Positions 26,646-37,351 of a stretch of 64,000 bases of DNA are shown piece after piece (position 1 is the first letter of the stretch; every line of letters starts with the position of its first letter). The translations under genes and the position numbers were made by a program. Location of the stretch: assembly GCA_015488295.1 (NCBI GenBank), contig WFOC01000079.1, positions 39,009 to 103,008 of the forward strand. The letters run 5' to 3'. Source of the DNA: Gammaproteobacteria bacterium. Its GTDB lineage: Bacteria; Pseudomonadota; Gammaproteobacteria; SZUA-229. The notes under the pieces were generated by a model that did no database searches, was not told the DNA's origin, and saw only the letters and a program-made list of their open reading frames with translations.

Positions 26646-27346
26646 TCACACAACCACTGATAACCAAAACCGTAACGCGTTTTTATGCACTTAAATCCAG
26701 CATCAATTTTTTTAAATTTTTTCCGGATATGCAGGATATGTGTATTGATTGTATTATCTTCCACCACGCCCTGGCGAGTGGCTTTAATCAAGGCATCGAC
26801 ACTGACAGCTTCATCAGTTTCAGCCAGCGCAACTAATAACGAAAACTCGGTCGGCGTTAAATTGACTTCTTCCGCTTTCCAGAAGCACTGCATTGATTTC
26901 TGGTTAATATTTAAATCACCAATTTTTTTATTGTGAACCTTGTTTGAACCGGCATTACCCGCATCCGAAGCAAACTGTTTAATCTGAAAAAAAGATTCGA
27001 TACGCACAATCAGGTATTCCAGCGACACCGGTTTGGTCTGGTAATCCCAGGCACCGAGTTGCAGACCATAAATCCTGTCCAGCTCATCACCACGGCTGGT
27101 AAGAAAAACAATCGGCAGACTGGCATCACGCTGTTTCAGGTAACGGCATATTTCATAACCACCACCAACTTCAGACTTCAGGGCGATGTCAAGTATCGCC
27201 AGCTCGGGCAGTTCTGAATCAAACGCTGCAATAGCCTGTTGCCGGTCTTCGTATTCACGCACATCATAATTCTGTGCACGCAAGGCCTCAGCATAATAAC
27301 GGCGCTGCTGCGCATCATCTTCAACAATGGCTATGCTCTGTTTCAC
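26642..27346 (-). CDS. OmpR/PhoB-family response regulator
   Basis: Receiver domain (IAIVEDD...LDIAL) and C-terminal winged-helix (TPTEFSLLVALAE...YGFGYQW). Overlaps the kinase gene by 4 nt. Confidence 0.8.
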   Translation of the reverse strand: MKQSIAIVEDDAQQRRYYAEALRAQNYDVREYEDRQQAIAAFDSELPELAILDIALKSEVGGGYEICRYLKQRDASLPIVFLTSRGDELDRIYGLQLGAWDYQTKPVSLEYLIVRIESFFQIKQFASDAGNAGSNKVHNKKIGDLNINQKSMQCFWKAEEVNLTPTEFSLLVALAETDEAVSVDALIKATRQGVVEDNTINTHILHIRKKFKKIDAGFKCIKTRYGFGYQWLCE

Positions 27347-27525
27347 TCAATAACTACCTGCGGTTTTCTCTGTGCTGCCATCTTAAAGGATATTGCCAGC
27401 CAAAAATGCCGGCTCCATTTTTTCTCCATATTTCCTCCAGCCACTGCCAAAGATTGAATCCCCGGGCATTGCTTTAATAACGCCGTGGCAACACAAAACA
27501 TTTTAAAAATTACCCGGAGAAAAAT

Positions 27526-28404
27526 ATGAAAAAATCTTTACTGAACATCGCTGTCACCCTGGCATTCAGCAGCGCCGTATTTTCTGGCACGGCTCTGTCA
27601 ACACAGGCCTTTGCCAGCGAGCTGGTCGCTGATAATACTACCAGTAACAACACGGCGACTGAAACCTATCTGTACCCCGGCATGGGTGTCGGCGCAGCGT
27701 CCGGTGCCGTTATCGCCGGCCCGGTGGGGCTGCTGGTCGGTGGTTTAATCGGTGCCATCGCTGGCGCAAACAATGAAGTGGCGACAATGCCTGAAACAAC
27801 AGCCGCGCTGTCTGAAAATACCGTGCAAAAAAGTACGGCTGCACCTGCAACCACAAAGCAGATCGCACCTGATAACAACGTGCAACTGGCACAGTTAGGC
27901 GAACTGGCAACGGTGGTCGAAACCCCGATTGAATCGCAAAAAGAAGCACTGCTGGATATCTTCTCCAGCAACCTCAGCCTCGACATTTATTTCCGCTCCG
28001 GCAGCACAAAGATCGAATCATTTTACCCCGCTCGCCTGGCAGCCATTGCTGAGCTGATGGACACCATGAATCAACTGGAAATTCATCTCGATGGCTACGC
28101 CGACCGCCGTGGCGATAAAACAAAAAATATCGAACTGGCCAGTCAACGCATCGAAAAAGTACGGGCACAACTAATCAGTGCCGGTGTCGATGAAAACCGT
28201 ATCATCAGCAAAGCATTCGGTGAAACAAAAATGGTTTCCAGCCCCGGTGATCTCGAAGCCTATACTTTCGACCGTAAAGTTGTGATTCGTTTTCAGCGCA
28301 TCACGGCAGATTCTATCGCCGCCATGACCACCGCACTTTCAGAAGTCAACACTGAAGCAGAAAGCACGAACGCGGTCATCACTGACACGCGCATCGAGTT
28401 TTGA
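27526..28404 (+). CDS. Glycine-zipper plus OmpA-like peptidoglycan-binding domain protein
   Basis: Signal peptide, glycine zipper GVGAASGAVIAGPVGLLVGGLIGAIAG, and C-terminal OmpA-like GYADRRGDKTKNIELASQRIEKVRAQL. Confidence 0.65.
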   Translation: MKKSLLNIAVTLAFSSAVFSGTALSTQAFASELVADNTTSNNTATETYLYPGMGVGAASGAVIAGPVGLLVGGLIGAIAGANNEVATMPETTAALSENTVQKSTAAPATTKQIAPDNNVQLAQLGELATVVETPIESQKEALLDIFSSNLSLDIYFRSGSTKIESFYPARLAAIAELMDTMNQLEIHLDGYADRRGDKTKNIELASQRIEKVRAQLISAGVDENRIISKAFGETKMVSSPGDLEAYTFDRKVVIRFQRITADSIAAMTTALSEVNTEAESTNAVITDTRIEF

Positions 28405-28772
28405 ACGCTGATAACCAGGTAACGATGATGAAAACAAACATCAGCACCCTGAGCGGCGTGAATATGATCTCGATGAATATTTTCAGCAAGACCTCCGGTT
28501 TTCGCATGACCAATCACGCACTGGAAAGATCACAGCAACGCTGTATTCCGCCGCTTATTATTCACTGGCTTTGTCAGTACGGCTCACGCAAAAGAAACAA
28601 CAACGGCACCATCGTTTGTTATTTTGACAGGAAAAGCCTGCGCCTGATTGCATCGGATGTCGGCCATATCGTCATCCGGCGATTATCCGGTCTGCTGAAC
28701 GCCTACCTGGTAATCGCAGGTGACCAGATCCTTACCGTCGGCCACCGTTACAAACGCATCAAAAACCCATAA
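28401..28772 (+). CDS. Small hypothetical protein, DUF4258-like (HALERSQQRCI motif)
   Basis: The weak N-terminal motif H-A-x-E-R-x3-R-x-I resembles the DUF4258 toxin-like family. The start is uncertain and no RBS was checked. Confidence 0.3.
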   Translation: MNADNQVTMMKTNISTLSGVNMISMNIFSKTSGFRMTNHALERSQQRCIPPLIIHWLCQYGSRKRNNNGTIVCYFDRKSLRLIASDVGHIVIRRLSGLLNAYLVIAGDQILTVGHRYKRIKNP

Positions 28773-29242
28773 CACAACAATTGCAGGTGACACACAGGGT
28801 GTCACCTGCAGGAGCAGTGACATGAACGCCATGAAGAATGATTATTTTCTTCGCCTCAGGCGACCGCACATTACATACCAAAAAATCCTGGGATTCATTC
28901 GCAAAACAGCCATCGTCATCAGCGTCTATTTAATTTTCGGCCTGTTATTCCAGTACATTTACGTCGATATAAAAACAGACAGCAATCCTGCCTGGCTACG
29001 ACCCTGACCATATTCAGACCGCCAACAGTAAAAGCAATTGCATTGCAGACCGAAACAAAAGAATAAACAACAGGTACCGACCACCCGTTATCTCTTCAAA
29101 TCCATAACAACAAACAGCTCATCACGCGCCCTGTTTTTTGCTCATTCAAAAGATTTTACATTGCAGTAAAAACTCACTAATATCTGCCATAATTACGGAC
29201 GTGTACAGAGTAAAAAAAGACTGTTATTTTTCCTCACTGGAT

Positions 29243-29256
29243 TTGATATAAGTCAA
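29243..29256 (+). promoter_or_regulatory. FNR/Dnr-type box TTGATATAAGTCAA upstream of napF
   Basis: TTGAT-N4-GTCAA, one mismatch from the FNR consensus, centred about 70 bp upstream of the napF ATG. Confidence 0.45.
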
Positions 29257-29318
29257 GCATAATATTACGAACCACTTATACACTCGCCAACAAAGACATG
29301 AGGTTTTAGTTACAGCGA

Positions 29319-29813
29319 ATGAGTGTACCAGTCAGCAGAATGCAATTCCTTCGCGGCGATTTCAAAGGCAAAGAATCGCCCCTGCGCCCGCCGTGGGCAA
29401 TCGCTGAAAACCTGTTCACCGAAATATGCACCAACTGCGGCGAGTGTGTCTCGCACTGCCCGACGCACATCATCAAACAGGGGCGAGCAAATTTCCCCGT
29501 GGTCGATTTCAGTACCGATGAGTGCCTGTTCTGTGAACAATGTGTCGATGTCTGCAAGCCGCAGGCCCTGCTCAAAAAAGCCGACAAACCCCCGTGGTCA
29601 ATCAAGGTTTCCATCGACGAAAACACCTGTATTGCCCACAAAGGCGTGGAATGCCGCAGTTGTTATGACCCCTGCGAGAGCCGCGCCATAAAAATGCCAC
29701 CACGACTGGGCGGCATATCCATCCCCCTTATTAACACAGACAGTTGCACCGGTTGCGGTGCCTGCGTTTCAGTCTGCCCGGTGCAGGCAGTAACCATAGG
29801 TCAGCAACAATGA
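29319..29813 (+). CDS. napF: Ferredoxin-type protein NapF
   Basis: Three 4Fe-4S motifs (CTNCGECVSHCP, CLFCEQCVDVC, CTGCGACVSVCP), first gene of the nap operon. Confidence 0.8.
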   Translation: MSVPVSRMQFLRGDFKGKESPLRPPWAIAENLFTEICTNCGECVSHCPTHIIKQGRANFPVVDFSTDECLFCEQCVDVCKPQALLKKADKPPWSIKVSIDENTCIAHKGVECRSCYDPCESRAIKMPPRLGGISIPLINTDSCTGCGACVSVCPVQAVTIGQQQ

Positions 29814-29867
29814 AACATTGCAAAACAACGTCAGGCACAAGCCATTTAAATCTCACAGGAGAACACG

Positions 29868-30101
29868 ATGAATATTAGCGGCGTTCTGGTAAAAGCTTAC
29901 CCGGAAAATCTGACAACAATTCAGGAAACACTCGCCACCATGAACGGTGTCGAGATTCACGGCAACAATGATGACGGCCGCATCGTAATCACCGTCGAAG
30001 ATGTCAGCGCAAACAACATCACTGACACGTTAACCGAAATACAGGCTGTGCCCGGCGTATTATCCGCCGCCATGATTTATCACCAGTTTGAAGAAGAGTA
30101 A
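29868..30101 (+). CDS. napD: NapA chaperone NapD
   Basis: 77-aa protein beginning MNISGVLVKAYPE, typical of NapD, immediately upstream of napA. Confidence 0.8.
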   Translation: MNISGVLVKAYPENLTTIQETLATMNGVEIHGNNDDGRIVITVEDVSANNITDTLTEIQAVPGVLSAAMIYHQFEEE

Positions 30102-30313
30102 ATAACACAAAAGATTTAACACATATACATATTGAAAAATAAGAGGGCTTTGCACGATATAGATTTTTCGTTATGGCAGGGCAGAAGTTGTCGAAAAAGC
30201 ACCGTTGGCATGAAGTCAATGAACCTTTTGAAACCATTTTTAACGCCGCCGCAACAAAGAAGATACTTCGCACAGGACTCTCAATAAACACAAGGTCAAC
30301 AGGAGGCCATGTA

Positions 30314-32851
30314 ATGAAACTAACACGTAGAGATTTCATTAAGACAAATGCTATCGCCGCCACCGCAACGGCAGCAGGCATAACAATACCGGGAGTCAAA
30401 GAAGCTCTGGCAAAAACCAAAGATGACATTCGCTGGGACAAAGCACCCTGCCGTTTCTGCGGCACCGGTTGCAGCGTACTGGTCGGCACCAAAAACGGCC
30501 GCATCATCGCCACCCAGGGTGACCCGGACGCACCGGTCAACCGCGGGCTTAACTGCATCAAAGGTTACTTCCTGTCCAAGATCATGTACGGCAAGGACCG
30601 CCTGACCACACCGCTGTTACGTATGAGCAACGGCAAATACGACAAGGAAGGCGAGTTCACCCCGGTCAGCTGGGACCAGGCATTTGATATCATGGAAGAA
30701 AAATTCAAAGCCGCCTTAAAACACGACATGGAAGTAAACAAGGGCAAAAAACCGGAAGAGATTGTTTCCACTGTCGGCATGTTCGGTTCTGGCCAGTGGA
30801 CAATATGGGAAGGTTACGCCGCATCCAAATTATATAAAGCCGGTTTCCGTTCAAACAACATCGACCCGAATGCCCGCCATTGCATGGCCTCCGCTGTAGG
30901 CGCTTTCATCCGCGGCTTCGGTTCAGATGAACCCATGGGCTGTTACGACGATCTGGAACACGCCGATGCTTTTGTTCTGTGGGGTTCAAATATGGCCGAG
31001 ATGCACCCGATTCTATGGTCACGTTTAACCGATACCCGCCTCACCAAAAAAGGCTGCGAAGTACACGTACTGTCCACCTTCGAGCATCGCAGTTTCGATC
31101 TCGGCGACAACAACATGATCTTCACCCCGCAGACCGATCTGGCAATTCTCAACTACATCGCCAACTACATCGTGCAGAACAAAGCCTACAGTAAAGACTT
31201 TATTGGCAAGCACGTTAACTTTAAAAAGACACCGACTGACATCGGTTACGGCCTGCGCCCCACTCACCCGCTGGAGAAAAAGAAAACCGGCAAGGGCGGC
31301 AAGCTCAGCAAAATCTCGTTTGACGAATACAAAAAATCACTGGAACCCTACACCCTGGAATACACCGCAAAACTTTCCGGCGTGCCCGAAGAAAAACTTT
31401 TACGACTGGCACAGCTTTATGCTGATCCGAAAAAGAAAATCACTTCTTTCTGGACCATGGGTTTCAACCAGCACACCCGCGGTGTCTGGGCCAACGGCCT
31501 GATGTACAACATACACTTGCTGACCGGAAAAATTTCCACTCCCGGCAGCGGCCCGTTCTCACTCACCGGTCAGCCTTCTGCCTGTGGCACCGCACGCGAA
31601 GTCGGCACCTTTGCCCACCGCCTGCCTGCCGATTACGTGGTGAAGAAAAAGACTCACCGCGACCTGGCTGAAAAAATCTGGAAACTGCCTGAAGGCACCA
31701 TTCCCGGCAAACCCGGTTACCACGCTGTGTTGCAAAACCGCATGTTGAAAGACGGCAAACTCAACGCTTACTGGGTGCAATGTAATAACAACATGCAGGC
31801 CGCCGCCAACCTCAACGAGGAAACGCTGCCCGGCTATCGCAACCCCGATAACTTCATCGTGGTTTCCGACCCCTACCCAACCGTTACCGCCATGGCAGCC
31901 GACCTGATTCTGCCGACCGCTATGTGGACAGAAAAAGAAGGTGCCTACGGTAACGCTGAACGCCGCACACAGTTCTGGCGACAGCAGGTTGACGCTCCGG
32001 GCGAATCAAAATCCGACCTGTGGCAACTGGTCGAGTTTTCCAAACGCTTCAAAGTAGAAGATGTCTGGCCCGAAGAGCTGATCGCCAAACAACCTGAAGT
32101 TCGCGGCAAAACCCTGTACGAAATCCTGTACGCAAACGACCAGATCAACCAGTTCCCTGCACAGGAAGTAACCGACAGTGAAGGCAATCAATACAGCAAC
32201 GACGAGATGAAAGACTTCGGTTTCTACATCCAGAAAGGCCTGTTTGAAGAATATCGCCGCTTCCAGCATGAAGGACCGAAAAAAGGTCACGAACAGGCAC
32301 CGTTTGAGGTCTACCACAATTCCCGCGGACTGCGCTGGCCGGTAATCGACGGCAAGGAAACCCTGTGGCGCTACCGTGAAGGCTATGACCCTTATGTGAA
32401 AGCCGGTGAAGATGTCCGTTTCTACGGCAAAAAAGATGGTCGCGCCAACATCATCACCGCACCTTATGAACCGGCGGCCGAAAGTCCCGATGAAGAATTC
32501 GATCTGTGGTTAAGCACGGGTCGTGTGCTGGAACACTGGCATTCAGGCTCCATGACACGTCGTGTGCCCGAGCTGTACCGCGCCTTCCCGGACGCAGTCA
32601 TCTACATGCACCCGGATGACGCAAAAGAACGCGGTCTGCGTCGTGGTCTGCCGGCTAAAGTTCAGAGTCGCCGCGGTGAGATCGTGGCACGCATCGAAAC
32701 CCGTGGCCGTAACAAAGTGCCCAGAGGCCTGATTTTTGTGCCCTGGTTTGATGCCAGCCGTCTGATCAACAAAGTCACACTGGACGCAACCGATCCGCTG
32801 TCCAAAGAGACTGACTACAAAAAATGTGCGGTTAGAGTCGTCAAGACCTAA
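30314..32851 (+). CDS. napA: Periplasmic nitrate reductase catalytic subunit NapA
   Basis: Tat signal [11 protein letters not shown]-terminal CRFCGTGC Fe-S motif. AGGAGG RBS before the ATG at 30314. The listed ORF extends upstream to 30173. Confidence 0.95.
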   Translation: MKLTRRDFIKTNAIAATATAAGITIPGVKEALAKTKDDIRWDKAPCRFCGTGCSVLVGTKNGRIIATQGDPDAPVNRGLNCIKGYFLSKIMYGKDRLTTPLLRMSNGKYDKEGEFTPVSWDQAFDIMEEKFKAALKHDMEVNKGKKPEEIVSTVGMFGSGQWTIWEGYAASKLYKAGFRSNNIDPNARHCMASAVGAFIRGFGSDEPMGCYDDLEHADAFVLWGSNMAEMHPILWSRLTDTRLTKKGCEVHVLSTFEHRSFDLGDNNMIFTPQTDLAILNYIANYIVQNKAYSKDFIGKHVNFKKTPTDIGYGLRPTHPLEKKKTGKGGKLSKISFDEYKKSLEPYTLEYTAKLSGVPEEKLLRLAQLYADPKKKITSFWTMGFNQHTRGVWANGLMYNIHLLTGKISTPGSGPFSLTGQPSACGTAREVGTFAHRLPADYVVKKKTHRDLAEKIWKLPEGTIPGKPGYHAVLQNRMLKDGKLNAYWVQCNNNMQAAANLNEETLPGYRNPDNFIVVSDPYPTVTAMAADLILPTAMWTEKEGAYGNAERRTQFWRQQVDAPGESKSDLWQLVEFSKRFKVEDVWPEELIAKQPEVRGKTLYEILYANDQINQFPAQEVTDSEGNQYSNDEMKDFGFYIQKGLFEEYRRFQHEGPKKGHEQAPFEVYHNSRGLRWPVIDGKETLWRYREGYDPYVKAGEDVRFYGKKDGRANIITAPYEPAAESPDEEFDLWLSTGRVLEHWHSGSMTRRVPELYRAFPDAVIYMHPDDAKERGLRRGLPAKVQSRRGEIVARIETRGRNKVPRGLIFVPWFDASRLINKVTLDATDPLSKETDYKKCAVRVVKT

Positions 32852-32878
32852 ACCACATCAACGGTAGAAAACGACATA

Positions 32879-33781
32879 ATGAGTACCCAGCCCACAACAG
32901 CACGACACAGTGTAACGCGCAACAGCCGACGGAAGTTTTTACTTGATTCCGCACGTGCTGGCGGCGCGGCTACACTGCTCGCGCTGGGTGTCGGTCTGTA
33001 CTCACGTCAATCTGTATCATTACCTGCTTCAGCCATTCGCCCGCCGGGCGCACTGGATGAAGACGATTTTCTTGGTGCCTGTGTGCGTTGCGGCTTATGT
33101 GTACGAGACTGCCCCTTCGATACCTTAAAGCTGGCAACTTTTGGCGATAAAGTCACCACCGGCACCCCCTATTTCACCGCCCGCGATGTGCCCTGCGAAA
33201 TGTGCGATGACATTCCCTGCGTCAAGGCCTGCCCCACCGGCGCACTGGATCACTCACTGGAAAACATCGACAATGCACGCATGGGGCTGGCGGTACTCAT
33301 CGACGAAGAGAACTGCCTGAACTTTCAGGGCCTGCGTTGCGATGTCTGTTACCGCGTATGCCCGGTCATCGACAAGGCCATCACGCTGGAAATGAAACAC
33401 AATGCACGCAGCGGCAGTCACGCGCTGTTTATTCCCACCGTGCATTCAGACCATTGCACCGGCTGCGGCAAATGTGAGCGCGCCTGCGTACTGGAAGACA
33501 CGGCTATCCGGGTCATGCCCTTTGAGCTGGCAAAAGGCGAACTGGGTCATCACTATCGCTGGGGCTGGAAAGAAAAAAGCAAGGCCGGCAAAAGTCTGGT
33601 GGCCCCTGATGTAGAACATCAATACAACATGCCACAGGGACAGTCTTATGACCTGCAGGGCGAAGGCCTTATCATCGAAGGTAAAAATGCTGCCGGCGCA
33701 GACGATGCCTCACCGTTTGGCGGTAGCCCGCTGGATACATTGAACAGCAACAACTTCAACACACGGGGGGCGCAGGAATGA
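32879..33781 (+). CDS. napG: Ferredoxin-type protein NapG
   Basis: Tat-like [13 protein letters not shown] signal and four 4Fe-4S CxxCxxCxxxCP motifs. Confidence 0.9.
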   Translation: MSTQPTTARHSVTRNSRRKFLLDSARAGGAATLLALGVGLYSRQSVSLPASAIRPPGALDEDDFLGACVRCGLCVRDCPFDTLKLATFGDKVTTGTPYFTARDVPCEMCDDIPCVKACPTGALDHSLENIDNARMGLAVLIDEENCLNFQGLRCDVCYRVCPVIDKAITLEMKHNARSGSHALFIPTVHSDHCTGCGKCERACVLEDTAIRVMPFELAKGELGHHYRWGWKEKSKAGKSLVAPDVEHQYNMPQGQSYDLQGEGLIIEGKNAAGADDASPFGGSPLDTLNSNNFNTRGAQE

Positions 33782-34725
33782 ACCAGACACATGCCGCACG
33801 CCACCCGGGCGCAGAAGCCATCGCTGACAAAGGCTGGTTAGCCGCCAATAAATGGTTACTCGCCAGGCGCGGCAGCCAGCTCTCCATCCTGTTACTGTTT
33901 ATGCTCGGCCCCTGGTTTGGCATCTGGCTGATCAAGGGCAACCTGAGTTCCAGCCTGATTCTGGAAACCGTACCGCTGACCGACCCCTACATCTTGTTGC
34001 AAAGCCTGTTTGCCGGACACACGCTGGAAAGCACCGCGATCATCGGCGCACTTATCGTCAGTGCATTTTATATCCTGCTCGGCGGCCGGGTTTATTGCTC
34101 CTGGGTGTGCCCGGTAAACATCATCACCGACACAGCACAATGGCTGCGCGACCATTTTAAAATCACCGGCGCATCCAGCCTGTCGCGCAACACCCGTTAC
34201 TGGATTCTGGCAGCAACACTCATTCTGGCACTGGTCACCGGCGGCATCGGCTGGGAACTGGTGAACCCGGTTTCCATGTTGCACCGTGGCCTGATCTTCG
34301 GCATGGGGCTGGCCTGGTTTATCATCTTCGCAGTTTTCCTGCTTGACCTGCTGGTCAGCCGGCGCGCCTGGTGCAGCCACCTGTGTCCGGTGGGCGCATT
34401 TTACAGTTTACTCGGCACACACAGTTTAATCCGCATTCGCGCCGATGCACGCGACCAATGCGACGACTGCATGGACTGCTTTAAAGTCTGCCCGGAACAA
34501 CAGGTCATTCGCCCGGCACTGAAAGGCCATTTAAAAGACAGCACTGAAATTATTGGCCCGGTGATCACCTCATCGAACTGCACCAACTGCGGCCGCTGTA
34601 TTGATGTTTGCGCCAAAGACGTTTTTCACTTTGGCCTGCGCAGCAACAATACTGTAAACCACACAACGAATTCAAAAAACATTAACAAACAACACAATCA
34701 TTCTTCTGGAGTAGAGGTCTTATGA
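33778..34725 (+). CDS. napH: Membrane quinol dehydrogenase subunit NapH
   Basis: Four TM helices plus C-terminal ferredoxin motifs [12 protein letters not shown] and [11 protein letters not shown]. Overlaps napG. Confidence 0.9.
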   Translation: MNQTHAARHPGAEAIADKGWLAANKWLLARRGSQLSILLLFMLGPWFGIWLIKGNLSSSLILETVPLTDPYILLQSLFAGHTLESTAIIGALIVSAFYILLGGRVYCSWVCPVNIITDTAQWLRDHFKITGASSLSRNTRYWILAATLILALVTGGIGWELVNPVSMLHRGLIFGMGLAWFIIFAVFLLDLLVSRRAWCSHLCPVGAFYSLLGTHSLIRIRADARDQCDDCMDCFKVCPEQQVIRPALKGHLKDSTEIIGPVITSSNCTNCGRCIDVCAKDVFHFGLRSNNTVNHTTNSKNINKQHNHSSGVEVL

Positions 34726-35171
34726 TGATGAAAAAAATAACCACAATCGTAGTATTACTGGCTACTGTAGGTTTCGGCGCTCAAGTAATTGCAGAACCTG
34801 TCAGTTCACTAAGGGGTCCACATGATATTGATCAGGACTCCAGCATACCCACATCAAAAAGATACAACAAAGACGGTGAACCAATCGCGCGCGATTATGT
34901 GCAACAGCCACCGCTGATTCCGCACAAGATCGATAGCTACCGGGTTAATCTCAAATCCAATAAATGCATGAGCTGTCACAGCTGGTCAAATTACCGTGAA
35001 GCGGGCGCAACAAAAATAAGTCAGACACATTTTGAATCACGCGATAAACACGTACTGGCCAATGTTTCAGCCCGACGTTATTTCTGTACGCAGTGCCACG
35101 TTCCACAGGTTGGCGCAAAACCATTAGTCGAAAACGATTTCCAGCCGGTCACTGCCATTACCGGACGTTAG
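34722..35171 (+). CDS. napB: Diheme cytochrome c NapB
   Basis: Signal peptide and two heme motifs CMSCH and CTQCH. Confidence 0.85.
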   Translation: MMMKKITTIVVLLATVGFGAQVIAEPVSSLRGPHDIDQDSSIPTSKRYNKDGEPIARDYVQQPPLIPHKIDSYRVNLKSNKCMSCHSWSNYREAGATKISQTHFESRDKHVLANVSARRYFCTQCHVPQVGAKPLVENDFQPVTAITGR

Positions 35172-35224
35172 GCAACTAAAAAATATTGACGTGCAGTAAA
35201 AATAATTTTTATGGAACATAGATC

Positions 35225-35854
35225 ATGAGCAACAAAAAAACAAAAGAATGTAACGACATGATACTTTGCAGAATATGGCAGGTATTAAAAAAACCCTCCG
35301 TAAGCTATTCACTGGGGACACTGCTGGTTGTCGGCTTCATTTCAGGCATCATTTTCTGGGGTGGTTTTAACACCGCCATGGAGATGACAAACAGTGAAGA
35401 ATTCTGTATTTCCTGCCACGAGATGAAGGACAATGCCTACCAGGAATACAAACAGACCATCCACTACAGCAACCGCACCGGCGTGCGCGCAACCTGTCCG
35501 GACTGTCACGTACCCAAAGAATGGAATCACAAAGTGGTGCGTAAAATACAGGCCAGTAACGAGCTTTTACACAAGGCTCTGGGCACCATCAACACCCGTG
35601 AAAAATTTGAAGCCAAGCGATTGCAGCTGGCACAGAATGTCTGGCGTGCAATGAAAGCAACAGATTCACGTGAGTGCCGGAACTGCCATAACTTTGATTA
35701 CATGGACTTCGGCGAGCAGGGTCGACGTGCAGTTGCAGCGCACTCGGAAGGCCTTGATGCCGGCAAAACCTGTATCGACTGCCACAAAGGTATCGCACAC
35801 GAACTGCCTGATATGCATGATATCGACCCCGGTTCATCAATCGGTAATATTTAA
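35225..35854 (+). CDS. napC: Tetraheme cytochrome c NapC (NapC/NirT family)
   Basis: TM anchor plus CISCH, CPDCH, CRNCH and CIDCH. Confidence 0.85.
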   Translation: MSNKKTKECNDMILCRIWQVLKKPSVSYSLGTLLVVGFISGIIFWGGFNTAMEMTNSEEFCISCHEMKDNAYQEYKQTIHYSNRTGVRATCPDCHVPKEWNHKVVRKIQASNELLHKALGTINTREKFEAKRLQLAQNVWRAMKATDSRECRNCHNFDYMDFGEQGRRAVAAHSEGLDAGKTCIDCHKGIAHELPDMHDIDPGSSIGNI

Positions 35855-35990
35855 CCGGGCATTTAACCCCGTGCTTAGTAGGCAATAATTGAAGCCCATC
35901 GGCTGTATCCTCAACACAGCCGGTGGCGCAGCGATGTGCCCCAAAGGCGATATTGATTGAATCATCACACGGCTTTAGCATCCACCAGGC

Positions 35991-36995
35991 ATGAATACAG
36001 GCACCACACAAAACAACAGCGCACTCATTGACCCGTTCGGTCGTCGCATCGAATACGTGCGCCTGTCACTCACCGACAAATGCAATCTGCGCTGTTTCTA
36101 CTGCATGCCCAAAGGCTTTACCGATTTTGAACAACCGGAAAACTGGCTGACCTTTGACGAAATAGAACGCGTCATCAAGGCCTTCACCGAACTTGGCGTA
36201 GCGCGTGTACGGCTCACCGGCGGCGAACCTCTGGTACGAAAAAATATCGCATCACTGGCGCAGCAACTCACCGCCCTGCCCGGCCTGAGTGACCTTTCAC
36301 TCAGCACCAATGCCACCCTGCTCGACAAACAGGCCGATGCGCTGAAACAGGCCGGCCTCTCAAGAATCAACGTCAGCCTCGACAGCTTAAAACCCGAAGT
36401 ATTTAAAAACATCACCGGCGGCGAACTTCAACCCGTGCTCGATGGTTTGATGGCGGCAAAAAAAGTCGGCATGTCACCAATAAAAATCAACATGGTGGCA
36501 ATGAAAGGCATTAATGATGACGAGTTTGAAGACATGGTCAACTTTTGTCTGCAACACGGCTTCACCCTGCGCTTCATCGAAACCATGCCCATGGGCGCAA
36601 CCGGTGATGATGCAACAAACCACTACCTCGACCTGCAACAGGTCAAAAAACAACTGGCCGAAAAACTTGACTTAATCCCCGGTGTCATGCCCGGCGGCGG
36701 CCCGGCGCGGTACATGCAGATAAAAAACACCGACCTGCGCATCGGCTTTATCACCCCCATCTCACAACATTTTTGCGAAACCTGTAATCGTGTGCGTCTA
36801 TCCGTCGATGGCACACTTTACCTGTGTTTAGGACAGGATGACAAAGTCGAGCTACAGCCGTTACTGCGCCAGGGCATCAGTGACAGCGCATTAAAAACTG
36901 TTTTAATTAATGCCATCGGCCTTAAACCTGAAAAACACGAGTTCAAAGACAAGCCAGAACAGGTTGTGCGCCTGATGAGCATGACCGGCGGCTAG
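35991..36995 (+). CDS. moaA: GTP 3',8-cyclase MoaA
   Basis: Radical SAM CNLRCFYC near the N-terminus and a MoaA C-terminal domain. Confidence 0.9.
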   Translation: MNTGTTQNNSALIDPFGRRIEYVRLSLTDKCNLRCFYCMPKGFTDFEQPENWLTFDEIERVIKAFTELGVARVRLTGGEPLVRKNIASLAQQLTALPGLSDLSLSTNATLLDKQADALKQAGLSRINVSLDSLKPEVFKNITGGELQPVLDGLMAAKKVGMSPIKINMVAMKGINDDEFEDMVNFCLQHGFTLRFIETMPMGATGDDATNHYLDLQQVKKQLAEKLDLIPGVMPGGGPARYMQIKNTDLRIGFITPISQHFCETCNRVRLSVDGTLYLCLGQDDKVELQPLLRQGISDSALKTVLINAIGLKPEKHEFKDKPEQVVRLMSMTGG

Positions 36996-37177
36996 ACTAT
37001 TTCCTTTAAAAACAGCACACTGCTCACTTTAAAAAAAACCGCCCGCATAAATTTACCCGGCAGCTGAATTTTTAATAGAAATTCACCTCAAATAAAAACT
37101 TCCACACCCCCCCTGACAAACCATAAAAAAAACCATAAAACTCTTATTTAGAGACTATCCAGCCTGACTCTTATCAT

Positions 37178-37191
37178 TTGACGTAGGTCAA
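37178..37191 (+). promoter_or_regulatory. FNR/Dnr-type box TTGACGTAGGTCAA upstream of nirS (site 1)
   Basis: Same TTGAYNTARGTCAA pattern as the napF site. Confidence 0.45.
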
Positions 37192-37226
37192 CAAACTTAA
37201 AACCCGGCAAAAACTCCTTTTATTAT

Positions 37227-37240
37227 TTGATGTAAGTCAA
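37227..37240 (+). promoter_or_regulatory. FNR/Dnr-type box TTGATGTAAGTCAA upstream of nirS (site 2)
   Basis: Lies 49 bp downstream of site 1 and about 115 bp upstream of the nirS ATG. Confidence 0.45.
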
Positions 37241-37351
37241 ACAATCATGGAACCATTGGGAATAGTGTCAAGCCTGCAAAAAATTAATCAATGCAACTTA
37301 ATAGTTATTCGTAAAAAAAATCTATCGCAAATAAAGATCAGGAGTCTTTCG

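Noticed and set aside
30173-30313. Upstream extension of the napA ORF (MAGQKLSKK...)
   Set aside because: The Tat signal MKLTRRDF with a perfect AGGAGG RBS starts at 30314. The extension has no RBS and overlaps the napD-napA spacer.
37247-37351. Upstream extension of nirS ORF
   Set aside because: The signal peptide and CAGGAG RBS identify 37352 as the start.
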